64,000 bases of DNA. Source: Calcarisporiella thermophila CBS 279.70 (taxonomy: Eukaryota > Fungi > Calcarisporiellomycota). The first letter of the stretch is position 1, and every line of letters begins with the position of its first letter. Shown here one piece after another: positions 47,638 to 61,572 of this stretch. The notes under the pieces are model-generated. The model saw only the letters and a list, made by a program, of their open reading frames with translations, was not told the origin of the DNA and ran no database searches. The stretch lies in contig NW_027192208.1 in the NCBI RefSeq assembly GCF_041956535.1, positions 382,492-446,491 of the forward strand. The letters are read 5' to 3'. The translations under genes and the position numbers were made by a program.

Positions 47638-50600
47638 TCACCGCCTTGCCTTCTTATTCTTCCGTGTATCGACACTGTCTTCGTCGCGGCGTTTCCCTCC
47701 GACGACTCCATGCTTCCGCTCGTCCGCCCGTCGTGCCTTCTCCTCGAGCTCATCCCAATCCTCGCCCGACTCCTCCTCCTCCTCCTCGGAACCGCTCTCG
47801 GCAGACGCATTTTCGTCATACTCTTCACTGTCTTCACTCGACGACCCACTATACTCATCGGAGGACATTTCAAACTCACTTGCCGACTCTTCCGATTGCT
47901 CTCCATCCTCAGACTAAATAAAAATAGAGTTAGAACTCCCGACCTTCCCAGCATCAAACTTGATTCCCTCTTACATCACTCTCGGCATTCAGGAAAGCCC
48001 AGCCTCCCTCCTGGAAGAAATTCTGAGGGTCATCCCGAATCGTTTTCATGATGGCGTTCCAGTTCAAATTAACCGGTCCCTCCGAGAATGGGATGTCCAC
48101 CGAGTCCAGCCACTCTTTGACGTTGTCGAGCTGCGACATGGGGATGGTGTTGATCTGCACAGGTTGCCGAGAAAAGTCCCGGAACACGAACACCAGGTCG
48201 AAATTCTTAAGGCCAAATTGCACACGTTCGAGATGCGCGATTTCGACTTCCGAGAGAGTGATCACAAGGAAAGGAGGATCGGTCAGGTGCACGAGGCACT
48301 CTGTCGTCGGCTGGAGGAGCACGTTCGATCGGAATGGCACGCCCTCGAATCCGAGCTCACGGAACGGCACATCGACCTCGACGCGAGAGCCGCTCATATC
48401 GCTAATTTTCTCCGCAAATGTCTGGAATTCTCGATCCAGCTGCTTGCGCCGCCTGCGTTCTTCCTGCTCAGCAAGAAGTTCGTCTTCATCGCCGTACAAG
48501 TGTCGGCGGCGCCGATTGCCCGTCTCATCGAATTGCACATCGGACGCCTCCCGATAAAATTGAATATCCTTAGTCTTCTTCTTGCCGATCATGATCGGAT
48601 TTTTCAGGTGAACATGCAATAATACAACGAGTTCATTCTCGCACGGCTGGAAGAATAGATGTCTGATGTTGCTATACAAGAGATCTATACCTTGACTATT
48701 AGCCCATTCAAACTGAATCCTAGCAATCCACAAGTGATATCTCACCAATCTTTTGGTCACTTCGCACCTTCGATTGATACCGAAGGCCGTTAGAATGGAT
48801 TTCAAGCTCGCCCGGTATACGCTTCCCAGTGTCGATAGTGGGTCGAGCAAACACGTCTGGTAGTTTCTGGGGCCGTCGTCCTAGGGTAGGCGACTCAATA
48901 TTAGCCTTGTCACTCTAGAACACTCACAGTAAATAGTGCTACCTGTCACTTCAATAAGTTTATCCTGCACAACCACGTCCGCCATTTCCCTTCGCTCGGC
49001 TTCTCTGTAATAAGACGAAAGCTAATCAATAGAGGACATAGAAAGTGGCACATCTACCAAGACCGACCTCTTGCTGGCGTTTTTCTTCAGATCAGTTATT
49101 GCTTTGTAGATTTCTGACATTCGGTGGACATCTGAGCTCCGATAGGTGAGCGCTCGCACAAAAGTCGCGTTCGGGTCATCAAAAGGCTAGATAATGATTA
49201 CGAGTCGAAATCAAAGACGAAAAAAAAAAAAATACACTCGATACGATCTTACCATGTCTTCCTTCTTGCCTGATGCCTGTCCCGGGGTTTGGAAATTCAA
49301 GCGCAGATATACAAATTCATTTTCGTCGTTCTTACTGATGTTCTTAAGGGTTGAAATGTGAAATGGAACCGCCATGCCATAGATTGGGAGCAGAATGGTC
49401 TCGGCTTTGGTGTCGACCACGATCTAACGGCCAAAGGGGTGAAAGTGGTAAGTGCTTGGCAGGTGGTTAATGTTACAACATCGTGCTATTAAAGCTACCT
49501 TTAAACCCTTGACCTCCTTCGGTAATTTAGCATCCGTTTTGTAGCTTTCAAACTTGCGCACAATTGCCTTTTGCTCCGAAATGCTTTCGCCCTCGCCAAA
49601 TCTACGCAATCCGTCCTCTTGTCGCTGGTTTGCAAGTACCTTTTGGTGCTCGCGGCGGCGCTTCTCTGCCGTCTCCTCTTCTTGTTCCTCGCTACGGAAC
49701 TTCGACCGTAGGATTGCTGTGGGTTTTTTCTGTTTGGCCTCAGCTCTTTCCTTCTGTCTCTGTTTTTCTTTGTCGGATTCACCCCCTTCATCCTAATAAC
49801 ATTAGTGTGTGGGTTAGAAGAAGCTCAAGAGGGAAGCTTCAACTTATGCTAAATACTTTAAAGAAGAAAGAGATTCCGTCCAGATTTTTGGGACATTCGG
49901 TGAAGAGTATAGGAGCATCGTTGGTGACTCGCACAGTATCTATTATCAGCAGCGAATATATTTTGCCCCTACTATCGGATGGCTCTGGATTTTCCAAGTC
50001 TTGGAAACCAATCGACAAATTCAGCACCATGCCTGACTTGAGAACCCGAGGGTTCTTTAAGTTAATGGTGTAGTTCGATTCTCGGAACTCGATTCCAATC
50101 TAAGGTACAGTATCGAAAAAGTCTGTGAGTTGAAATAACGAAAAAAAAAGCCAAGTTAACTTACCCCAAAACCTAGGTTTTTAACAAAATGCTTTTCAAG
50201 CTCTGGCCTCTCGGCCTTGATGTAGCTATGCGCCTTCTGGTATACATCCTTGATTTTCACTCCGTCTCGGATAGAATCGAGAACGCGACGCTGGAGCTGG
50301 AGGAGAAATTCGTAGTTTGTCTCCTGCGCCTAAGAGATAACAAGATGAAACAAAAGAGGCGTCCCTTTAGTAAATCATATGGGCAACTTTTTCTGGAAAA
50401 AAAAACTAACTTTGCTCGGATGAATTAGATATGTCCGCCCAAGGTTGGAGCAATAGGATTTGTAGCGCACTCCCAATGAACACAAAATCGTGCCCTGGTG
50501 GAGCGTTTCCTCATTTGAGACGGCTGACGATCGCAGATCGTATTGCCCACCGCTCTGAATAATGGGTGTATAGCACCAGTCTAAGTAATCCAGGTTAACC

Positions 50601-51728
50601 TAACCACAACAAAAGGGATTGGAGAATATCCTGGAGAGCATGTGTGAGCCATTTTCTGCTTACATCGGGGGGAATTCGAAGTTTTTTTGCTTGCTTTTCA
50701 TCCATCAGCGCACTCTCAGTCAACTCGGCAATCTTCTCATGTGTTACATTTTTTTCTTGGTCAATAATTGAAGTCATTTCTTCGACAAAGAAATTCTGCA
50801 TCATGATGGTACTGAGTCGAGAGGCAATTCTCATTGTTTTCTGGATAGGAAGGACACATGGGTTGTGAGTGACATGATCCCAAAATTCGAATACGCTTTG
50901 ACTAAATCCATACCATTTCCTCCTCGTCTTTGACTGCCAAAACTGCTGCAATTCCCCCGGAAACATCCACCTCCTCGATACCGGCACCAGCTTCTGAGAA
51001 CGCATCTTTCCATTCGTTTACAATCTTCCCATCGAACTTATCTTTTGGTAAAATCCCCAGCCGCTTCTATTATCAACCCAATATTGTAGAAGAGCAGAGA
51101 CAAGCATAAAGAAGAGATAATTTACCCCTTTATTTGACTTTTTTATCACTTGGATAATTGACTCCTTGAATTGCTTCTTGTTCTGTTCCTCATCCTTTCC
51201 ACGCACTAAGATCTCGATTGGAACCTGATTATCACCTTGACGTAGTCCATTCAATAGGCTCGCTATAAAAGGAGTCATCCACCATTAGCAATTTGAAGGC
51301 TAGTAAAATTCCGAGTATCTACCCTTGTTCTGGCTTGTGACAAAATAAAGTGTTTTTGGCGTAATCACAAGCATAGTCTGTGGAAATTCATAGCCTAAAA
51401 GCCACGTCTACATTGCCATTGGATTAAATTAATCATGGTTTGAAACGGTTAGGATAAGCGCCCATAGCTTGAAAAACTCACCTGAAGTGCCGTGGACTTT
51501 TGATATGGATTGTTCTCATCTACATTTCCAACAAGCACCATAATCGCATCTGCCCCATTGTAGAGTTCGTCCTCAGTTTTGGTCTAATCACGATCAAAAA
51601 TGGTAAGGCCATTTAGAAATTTTGTATTCTGATTCCAATAATTGCAAGATTCACCCTACCTTCCAATGAGAAAGCAGTTGTCGCGCACGCCGATGAAATG
51701 TACGCGTCTCCAGTTGGACTTTCGACAT
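47638..51728 (-). CDS. SPT16: FACT complex subunit SPT16 (multi-exon)
   Basis: [69 protein letters not shown], and an acidic tail ending [13 protein letters not shown]. Confidence 0.96.
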
Positions 51729-52335
51729 GATGTCAACAAGATCAAAAAATTTGTTGAACAAAGGGGGAAATAAAAAGATACGCGACTTTCTTCAATACAT
51801 TAAATCTAAGCCACAATGGTTCATTTTGGATTAGTTTCACTGGTTGTAAATGCTAGAGGGATATCCAGGTAGTTCATAGGATGGGTTACAATAATAAGTG
51901 CACACATGTAACCAATATGTTACTATAATATGGTCCAGTTTCACCTTAGGTATTTTTCACCTTGTGAAAATAGCAAAGTATTCTGAACAACATGCAATAT
52001 TGCGGCTCACTAACTATATTGAATCCCTGATATTTTATCTAGGTATTTGCCACACCGTACTTTGAAGTCGACTCATTCTAGGTCGACCCGTAGCCAAACA
52101 CTTGGAAAAGTTGAACAATATATTTGATATAAGCTTACTACTTCATTCACTTGAAAATTGCTCTAATTATGACTTAAGCCTTGAAGGATATATTCCATTT
52201 GGTCATACGAAAATTGTGACGTCAACAATCTTTTACGGAGGAGCTCAAATAACTTAATCAGCTCTCTTACTGGTATATTTACGACCCTTTGTGATTTTTC
52301 ACCAGATTTTTTTCGATCATCAGTAAAATCACAGA

Positions 52336-53616
52336 ATGTACAACGGTATTTACAACGATCTCTAGGCGATATGTAATTGATGGTCTAATATCTATTTATC
52401 CAATGATTTAGGAATTGGTCTTTCGACTCCCCGTGGATCTGGAACCAATGGTTATGTTGTGCGCAATCTCTCCTATATCCGACCCCGCGATGCTCCTCCA
52501 CCCCGAGAGAATGATCTGAAAACCAGCATCAAAAAGCGAGCCGATCCTGAGATCTTACTCCATGCGCGTAAAAGAGAAGTCGAGCTTAAGTGCCTTGCGC
52601 TGAGGGAGGAATTGGAAGAACAAGGCCTTAAAAATGAGGAAATCGAGGAAAGGGTAGGTGCGCTGAGGAAAGATCTTCTAGAAAGACTGGACGAAATTGA
52701 AATCAAAGATGCCAAAACGTAAGTGACCTCGAGGATTTTCTTGAGCGAGGCATGATTTTTTCCCCATTCTGATCAACGGAAAATAACCCTCTTTGTTCTG
52801 TATAGCATACAGGAACATGAGACTCATCTTCTCTCTGCAGCCAAAGAGATAGAAAACAGAAGAATTGCACAGGCCTTTTACATTGACCGAGACTATGTCG
52901 AAGGTCAAGCATTTGACCGAGAGCTACAGGAACAAAGGCGGCGGGAAAAAATTGCTCTTCGGGAGGAAAATATGCGGCGTGAGAAGGAGCGACGACGACA
53001 GGAGGAAGAGGAGAGGGAGAGAGAAAAAGAACGGGAACGTCGCGAGAGACGGAGAAGGAAAGAGGAGAGAGAACGGGAGAAGGAGCGTGAGCGGCGAGAT
53101 CGGAGACGGAGACGGGACTCAGACTCGGAGGATTCTGAAGAGGAGAGATACAAAATGAGAGAGAAACGTCCCCGGGATAGAGAGAGTGAGAGAAGCAGCA
53201 AGCGAGAGGAAGAGAGATATCCGAGGGATAAGTCGAGCAGCACGCGAGAGAAGCCGGACTCAGAGGAGGAGCGGAGGGAGAGGAGACGCATTCGCTCTGA
53301 TTCAGAGGAGGAGCGAGAACGGAGAAAGCGACGCGATATGAATGACGACCGTAGAGCAGATAGACATAGAAGTGGTGGTGAAAAAAGCAGGCATAGCCGC
53401 CACGATGATTCGAGCGATGACGAGCAGGAGCGCGGTCGTCGTCGTGGTCGCCGTGAAGAGAAGCGAAGACGCCGTTCATATTCCCGCTCGCGTTCTCGCT
53501 CTCGCTCTGTATCCTCTTACTCTTCCTCCTCAGCCTCCTCCGGGTCCGATTCGGGTTCGGACTCGGACTCCTCCTACGATTCCCGTTCACGGTCGCCTCC
53601 CCGCCGCTCCCGTTAA
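52336..53616 (+). CDS. CWC21: Pre-mRNA splicing factor CWC21/SRRM2-like (cwf21 domain plus RS/RE-rich tail)
   Basis: MYNG spliced to IGLSTPRGSGTNGYVVRNLS; ILLHARKREVELKC; ETH...AKE; RS-rich C-terminus. Confidence 0.93.
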
Positions 53617-54083
53617 GCAAACACAGGGTATGGGGCATCAACAAACAGAGCCAATGTGATGATACTATGCTCCGGGGCTTTCATTTAGTTGATCTTATTT
53701 CCTTTTTTTTTGGTTATTGTAAAAAAATACTCAAACCGTAGTTTTTTTTTGTTGAAGTTCTAATGTTTTATGCAGTAAAGCGAATGGAAACAAGTGGCGT
53801 CTCGAACGTCTCTTGGATCTTTTTCTGTTTGCAGCCATCGTCCGCTCCACTCGAATCTCAAGATGGACAGGAAAGCGATTTATTTGTAAAATCGAAGATG
53901 CTCAAGTGTTTGAGGAAACAATAGTGTGGAAAAGGAAAAGTGGAATGTTGAAAAATGAGAGGCGACATGTGAAATAAAACGTAAATAGAACGAAGCGGAA
54001 AGGTATATATATCAACATATATATATATATTTATATATAAACAAATAAAAAAGGGAAAGCTCCAAGGTTTAGCTTGAAATAGA

Positions 54084-54383
54084 CTACTTGTTCGAAGGAC
54101 GGTTTTGGGATGCACTTGGGAAAGCGGATGGTATTCGATATGCTGCGTATGAACTTGAACGGGGATTAGTTTGAACTGGGCCGGGGGCGGCGGCTTGCGG
54201 CGGGGCCGTGGAGGTGGGAGGGGCGGGGTATGAGGAATCTACAGGCGGCTGAGGAGAGGGTGACGAATACACCGGCGGCGGAAAAGAAGGGGGGTAAGAA
54301 TAGCCATTATAGGGCGATGGATCAACCCAGTTCCCATTCGAACCACTCCTTTCCACCGTCTGGCCATTGAGTTGTGGCTGCTG

Positions 54384-54414
<31 letters not shown>

Positions 54415-57129
54415 TGGGGCGCTTGTGAAGCGAATGCTCTGCTCGCTAGGAGATTACCCCTTCCGCTGCGAGCACGCGCTAGCGACACCGGCACGGCCAC
54501 TTGCTTCGGCATTGGCCTTCTTCGACAGCTCACAAACGCACATCTTCCAACGCAGAAGAGCACCAGGAGCCCCAGGGCAACCCCCACCGGAATCGCTATC
54601 TGTTTGTTTTGAGATATCCAGGATTTGGCCACATCGAACACGTTGCCCACTTGACACACGCCATGCTGACAGGCACCGCCAAAGCCGCACGGAGTCCCAT
54701 CAATGAAACTGCCTGTCAGCCGGATGCACGCTGCCGGATTCGATGGATCGTTGCAAACAATGTTGCAAGCCCCCTCTTGGAAACTGCAGGATTTAGTGAT
54801 GTTCAGTCGTGTGCCACGGGCCGAGCACTGAGCGTCCCGGGAGGTGCACTGGCCAGAGGCGCAGCGAAGCCCGTTGGGTCCGCACTCGCTCCCATCTGGG
54901 ACGCGCTTGTCGTCGGGACAGTTGGGGGAGGTGCCTGTGCATGTCTCTGCGATGTCACAACTCGAGAGGGCGGGCCGACATACCGAATTGGCAGGCTTCA
55001 GCTGGCACTTGTCACAGCAGTCATTATTCGAGTCACTACAAGCAAGCAAGCCATGCGGCGTTAATACAAGGATCAGACTTCGATGAGAGTGGATTCCCAT
55101 AGGTTACCTGCAGACAGCCCCCGGTTTTAATGTACAGTTAGGGTTGCAGCATGCGTCGCCCTGCTCTCCAGCATCGCACTGCTCCCCCGCCTCCAAAATA
55201 CCGTTCCCACACATCGCCAGCGTCTCAACTCGCTTCTGGCCCGGTGCTTGCAGGCAAAATCCTCGGCTCGGAAGGGTAAAGCAAACGTCGCTAATGGAGC
55301 AGGGTGAAAAGTTATTTGAGCTGGTGTTGCTGGTGGGATTCATGAGGAACTGCCCGCCGGCATCGCACTGGGTCGGGGAGAGCTGGCAGCACTGGCATCG
55401 ATCGCCGATACAGGGGCAGTCGGAGGCAGTGCAGTCATGGGAGGCGCCAAAGCCGTGCCCCACTTCGTGCGCCACCACCTTCCACTCCTCGCGAGTGATG
55501 GAGGAGACGCCCGTTCCGGAGACGAATTCAGGCCCAAACTCTACGAACCAACAGGGAGGGGGTCAATATCTCTGGGGGAGGGGAGAGAGAATGTTACAAA
55601 TGATCACTTGCCTGTCTGCTGAGAATTGGAAGAGCTCGTGCACAGCTGCCCCAGCCATGCAATCCCCACCCGGGGGCCCGAGTTGCACTTGGTCATCAAG
55701 TGCCAGAGCCCCGCTTCGTCGTTCCCGCGTTGCCCACGCCACTGACTGAAATCGCTCAGGCGCTGGTTGATCGAATAGGTGTCCGAGCAATCGCGATTCC
55801 AGGTGGCATTCTTGTCGGCACCGTTGGTGCAGGGAGGGGGATGGATGTCGATGTAGATGACCCCCAGCGAGACGTTGAAACTGGGCTCGTACACCCCGGA
55901 GGCGGAGTTGATATCGGTGATGATCTGGCGGCGGACGTTGGCGGTATTCTGGTAACTCTGCACATAGGTACAATCCGCGGCCACCCCCATGTAATTGATC
56001 ATGCGGGAGGAAGGGCACCCGCGCCCATCCGCCGACTGGAACATCGGTCTAGTATTACTAGCGGCAAAAGTAGTAGTCGTGCCAGCACGACGCTGAAGGG
56101 GCATCGAGGCATAGAGCGGGCGGCTCTCCCACGAGGCGAATGGATCCACGGAGTCTGATGGGTTTCCGATAAGGGAGGAGAGCTGCCTTGAACGGCGGAG
56201 AGCCACGGCGGGATTGTTCCTATCCCTATTGTACGACAGCTCTTCCATTGCGCAAGAGGGGCCATGGTGGGCAGCGTGCTCGTCCCGCTTTGAGAGCGGC
56301 GAGGGTTGCGCATCCGAGTCGCGGTAGATCACCATTTTTGCCTGGCTGGCGTCGCGAGGGAGGAGGTGAGGGATATCGGGGTCCTCTGAGCGCTTCGTAA
56401 GCTTGTAGTTGGAGATGGCCTTGATGTGGTAGAGGTCCCCGAGGTGCGAAAATGCGCCTTCAAACACAGGATGATCTGGCCTAAAGAGACATATACCCAT
56501 ACCCATCCATATTGATGTTTAGTTGAAGACGTTAAACTTGGTAACTCTCAAGCAAAAAGAGACCTACCCTGCATGCTCATGAACCACGATTCTAGCCCAT
56601 CCCACTGCCCCCTCGCGCGGCCCTTCGCCCCGCGCCACACCGGCAGCATCTCGCTCGTACCATTTCTGGGTGTTTGCGTCCTCTGCAACCCAGCCCTTAA
56701 AGACGCGATGGTCCTCATGCCTCAGCCTCTCCCATTCCACTTCGCCGGACTCTGGGTTGTGCACGGTGACAGCGGCCTCGGGGTGGAAGAGATCCTGATT
56801 GGGTTCGAGATGCAAGTGGAAGATTCGGCCAAAAGCACGAAATCTAAGCAGGAACGAGTCGTCATGGCGCAAGGATTCGGCCAATGGGAGTGGGGAGCGT
56901 TTCTGTAGCCCATTGAGCCGGGGAAGAATTTTGAAGGTCGGCTGCGAGACGTATTCGATTCGCTTGAGAGGATGATCGTGATGTAATGTGTGACCTACAG
57001 GAAGCGTTCAAAGTTAGGGGGAGAGGAGGGGAGGGCAGAACACAACCTCGACTTACTGTATTCACCGAGAACTAGCCATTGTAATGAGAGCAAGCATATT
57101 GAAAAGAGAGCATTCCGAAATAAATACAT
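54084..57129 (-). CDS. ADAM-family metalloprotease-disintegrin (M12B), single-pass membrane protein
   Basis: Signal peptide, prodomain FHLHLEPN, MGVAADC, zinc motif HEVGHGFGASHD with Met-turn FLMNP, CGNGILEAGEQCD disintegrin, Cys-rich region, TM IPVGVALGLLVLF and a Pro-rich tail. Confidence 0.93.
54377..54411 (+). repeat. (GCTGCG)n hexanucleotide microsatellite encoding the QPQPQP tract of the ADAM tail
   Basis: ggctgctgcggctgcggctgcggctgcggctgcggc. Confidence 0.8.
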
Positions 57130-59954
57130 AATCTATCTATACTAAATGAGGGGACGACTAAAGAGAGGAGCCGGAAGAGAAAGGACAAGGGAGTTCAAGG
57201 GCAATGATAGTGAGAGATGGCGGCCAGCTAGCAAGATTCCTCTCTTCTTCGACAATACGATGACAATGCACTTCCGCTACGATGGGTAGAAGGATTAGAA
57301 AGGGGTGAGTCTGGAAAATGTGTCGCACAGACCCTTCAATTATAAGAGGGAATGGCTTGGCTTATGGGTGGGATGGCTCTGCGATCCAGTAGGATTGGAG
57401 GGCGGGTAAAACGGGGAAGCGTTACTATTTTAAAACCTCGCTGATGCATTCGGCCGTCTAGCCGGCTCCGACGGCTCGCTTTCTGGGGAGGTATCTTCCA
57501 AGCCGCCGCTGGCTCAAGGAGCGACCGGCCCGCGCATGCCAGCGCTTGTGCAAGCGCTCCCCTCACGCTCCCTCGCGGCAGAGCAGCGTCGCTCTAAGGG
57601 CCTTCCCCTGCAAACTAGTTTCATCACGAGAGCACAAAATAACCGTGCGATTTCTTGATTGGACCGTGCTACCTTGACTGGTTTTACAGCCAATCGATCG
57701 ATCGAAGGCGGCTAATTGATATATTAAACTAAATGAAAGTTGCTTGTTATCTAAATTGAAGGGAATGGCCCTCTATCGAGATGGAGAGCGTTTCCCTTGA
57801 GTCAATGAAATCCTACACTCGGCTTTAAACGACACTCTCTATGCCCCACTATTCCCTCTGCTTGCCCCCCGGTCGTGATAATAGAGCCAAAAATCTAAGG
57901 GCAAAGTCGAAACCGACTTTGCAACCATTGATTATGATTAAGAGAATGATCACGATCCATGATAGAGGAGGCATGAATAAATCAAGGATAGCACGTTGAA
58001 CAAAATGGACGGTCACCCCACCGGTGGTACACCTTTCAGCCATGAGTTTTGCATTTGAAAAATTCAACCAGAGAGAGAACATCCTAATCATTTAACAGTG
58101 GAAACGAGTTCTATGGCAGAGAGAGCATCCAGTCTCGTTGGCATAGCAAATCGCCGATTTATGCAGGCGTGTTTATTCTTCAACAGTGTATGCATTCTGT
58201 TAGCTCTCCCACATCCAACCCTGGTATGGTGGCTCGAGTTTATTGACGCCCATTTGCATAGGTCATCAAAAAACCTAATAGCTCCTCGAGTGCAAAACGC
58301 GCCTTTCATTTTGACGGCGGCATCACAAGGCATTTAGGCAAGCAGATGCTGCCAAGGGGTGATGGGGGGGTGCCTTTTCAGGAGGGGTTAAATAAAACTA
58401 TTAAATGAAGCTGGGATGCGGCTAAATTTTCATTCGAGAATATAGTTATGCTACGATGAGTTATGGTTTGGTAGAATCACCTGAATAAATTTATTGTAGG
58501 AGAGCTGAGGCAAGGATAGAACAAACAAAAGGAGTCTCAATACTGTAAATAAAGCTATTGCTTTATTTGCTCAGAGTTGTGGCCACCTTCTTTCAGGAGC
58601 GAGAGGTGGTAATGAGCGTCGCCGTGAGTAGACCTAGATCATGTTGTCACCGACACAACGGTTGAAACATGCAAAACTGGCTTGCTTGGCCCATGCTCTC
58701 AGGCCGTTCCGCGATGAAGACAGCTGTGGCGAGTTGCATTAAAACCCCAAAAAGTAGGTAATCTTGACTCTCCATAGTAGAGAATTTTGTGGGTCTCTTC
58801 TTGGAACGGTTTTCAACGATGAAATTAATTTGTACGCCCCTCTTGTACACAGGATCAATTGGGGGATGATCACTGTATTTTACTTGAATATATTACTTGC
58901 ATATTCGGAGAAGTGGGGTGGATCAATGAATGGCTTCCTATTCCTATTTCATGCTGTGCCAGGATTTATTCAGTAACATCTCTCGATATAGGCTAGGGCG
59001 CTCAAAAGGGCCGTTATGTGCTGTTGAAGGGACATTCTTTACATTTGAGAAGCTCATCGGGCACCCCTCTGCTTCGAGTCGAACATGGATATCGAATAAA
59101 GATAGGATTTTAATAGAACTGTATATACAGATTCATTATTTTTAGCCTTGCTCCTTCATCTTCATCTACATGAAATGGGGGGGAAAAATGAATGTCCATC
59201 AGAGAACGAGAGTAATGAATATGGCAGATATTGCTGAACAAGAGATGGGCTCGTACGGGCTCTGCTCTTCTACACTTGTTTACACGAGTTATAGTGTCCC
59301 GGATATCTTCCAGAGCATTCTCGACAGATGAGGATGGTGCTGGGGGCCGGGTAAAAGCAGCAGCTCCTGCCGTCTTTCGCCCCGCTCCAGCCGCTGCCGC
59401 AGTTCTGACAAAAGTGAAATGGGATCCAGACAACTTCCCTCATTTTCACGCCCAAGACATTGCTCGACTTTAAGCTATCTTTGAGGAGAAAAGAAGACAC
59501 GCCCTATGGGGAGGCGTGGGGATGTTATTTATTGAGGCTATGGGAGGGGAGCTCGTGAGCATGTAGTATGTTTTTTTTAGAGTGTGAATGCTTTATGGGC
59601 ATTGTCGGCGAGGGCATCCATTTTGATCGGATTTCCCAGGGCTGGCGGAATGGCCGAGCGGGGGGGAGGAGGGGAGGAAAACCGTCTAGAATGCTCGGGC
59701 CTGGTCACGAATGGCTAAGAAGATGACTCGCTTACCGCATCGATCTGGATGCAATGGAAGGAAGGGGCTCTTTGCCCTCGCTTCTCGCCCTGCTTATGCT
59801 ATGACTGCATGCGTTTAAGCTTCATTCTCACCCTCCTATCCTCCCGGCCTGGCCTCCAAATGCCGCTTTAGCACACCGCCATGGGCCGGGCGTGGATTAG
59901 CAACTGGCAACCCCCTGCTCTTCCCGGATCCAGGGGCCATGCCGTTTTGGGTCG

Positions 59955-60493
59955 NNNNNNNNNNNNNNNNNNNNNNNNNNNNNNNNNNNNNNNNNNNNNN
60001 NNNNNNNNNNNNNNNNNNNNNNNNNNNNNNNNNNNNNNNNNNNNNNNNNNNNNNNNNNNNNNNNNNNNNNNNNNNNNNNNNNNNNNNNNNNNNNNNNNNN
60101 NNNNNNNNNNNNNNNNNNNNNNNNNNNNNNNNNNNNNNNNNNNNNNNNNNNNNNNNNNNNNNNNNNNNNNNNNNNNNNNNNNNNNNNNNNNNNNNNNNNN
60201 NNNNNNNNNNNNNNNNNNNNNNNNNNNNNNNNNNNNNNNNNNNNNNNNNNNNNNNNNNNNNNNNNNNNNNNNNNNNNNNNNNNNNNNNNNNNNNNNNNNN
60301 NNNNNNNNNNNNNNNNNNNNNNNNNNNNNNNNNNNNNNNNNNNNNNNNNNNNNNNNNNNNNNNNNNNNNNNNNNNNNNNNNNNNNNNNNNNNNNNNNNNN
60401 NNNNNNNNNNNNNNNNNNNNNNNNNNNNNNNNNNNNNNNNNNNNNNNNNNNNNNNNNNNNNNNNNNNNNNNNNNNNNNNNNNNNNNNNNNNNN
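59955..60493. other. Assembly gap (539 N)
   Basis: Run of N flanked by G-rich sequence. Confidence 0.99.
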
Positions 60494-61079
60494 GGTCGCG
60501 GGGGGGGGGGGGAGGAAGTTTGGACAAGGGCGGGGCAGGTTGGCCCGCAAGAAGCCCAGGAAACAGAGGGCGGAGAGGGGGAGGGGGGGAAGAATAACAA
60601 CAGCACGGCAAGCTACATGCGGGGAAATTACTGGCAAGCAAGGCGACTATCCGGGAAATGGCAGGGCTGGGTGTGGAGAGAGCGCTAGAGCCCGCTGTTC
60701 CGCGGACTTCAGAACACATTTGACGGCGGAAGGGAGGGCTGCTTGCGTGCGCTGCTGTGTCGTCATTGCCATTGCACAGAGGTCATCGACCATGTCGCTG
60801 AGCTGCTGGAGTGTTTTTTGCTCAAAGTGGAACAGTTCGTGCGCCTTGCAGATTGCATTGCATCACCACTGTTGTGAAATGATCGAGTGGCAGCGCCCAA
60901 TCGCAGAGGCCCGTTTTGAACTAATTCATTCAAGAACTCTAAACTGGCCGACTTTTCATTTCCCCTCCTCCCCACTTTTTTGTGCGGCTCCAAATCCTTG
61001 ATTTCTCTTCTCCACATTTCGGCCTCTCCTTGCTGCCTCATGTTTTGCTCCGACTAGCCAGAATCCCCTCGCAACCGGA

Positions 61080-61572
61080 ATGGAACTCGATCTGGACTGG
61101 TGCTTGACCTGCTTCCGGAAGACTAAGGTAGGTTGCCATGCCGCGCTCTGCCCATCCGCCCGCCCTAATCCTTCCCCAATGCTAGAATGGGAGCAGCTAC
61201 TGTAATGACCAATGCAGACGCAATGACCTCGTCCCCTCCCCAATCAACACCCTGCCCTTTGCCTCCTCCCCCCCGCGCACATCCCCAGCAGCCCTGAGCC
61301 CTTCGTTACCATGCTCCTACGACGATCCCCCGCTCTTCCCCTCCAATTCCTACTCTCAACCCTCCTCCGCATTCCCCCAGCCGCTGTCCGTAAAAACTAT
61401 AACCCCCCCGAGCTCCTTACAAAACTACGGCTTTCCCGCCTATTACTCGAGGCGGCCGTCGTACTCGCGTGCGATATACTGCAGGAGGGGCGACGAGCGG
61501 CGGCCGTCGCCCCCCTCCTCCAGCGGGTCCTCAAGTAGTTCTGAAGGGAAAAAACTGCACCAATATACGTAA
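61080..61572 (+). CDS. Ecl1-family (extender of chronological lifespan) zinc-finger-like protein, 2 exons (not in the ORF track)
   Basis: Exon 1 MELDLDWCLTCFRKTK, intron 61128-61185 (GTAGGT...CTAAT...CTAG), exon 2 NGSSYCNDQCRRND followed by an S/P-rich tail. This gives the D-W-C-x2-C...Y-C-x3-C-R-x2-D pattern. Confidence 0.75.

Noticed and set aside
51880-51975. Short inverted and direct repeats in the SPT16-CWC21 divergent promoter (GGTTACA/TGTAACC, TTTCACCTT x2)
   Set aside because: Too short to distinguish from chance; no TSD or MITE structure.
52703-53644. 313-aa and 128-aa minus-strand ORFs
   Set aside because: Antisense to the low-complexity RE/RS region of CWC21.
59836-60719. Long ORFs containing X runs
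   Set aside because: Artefacts of translating through the N gap.
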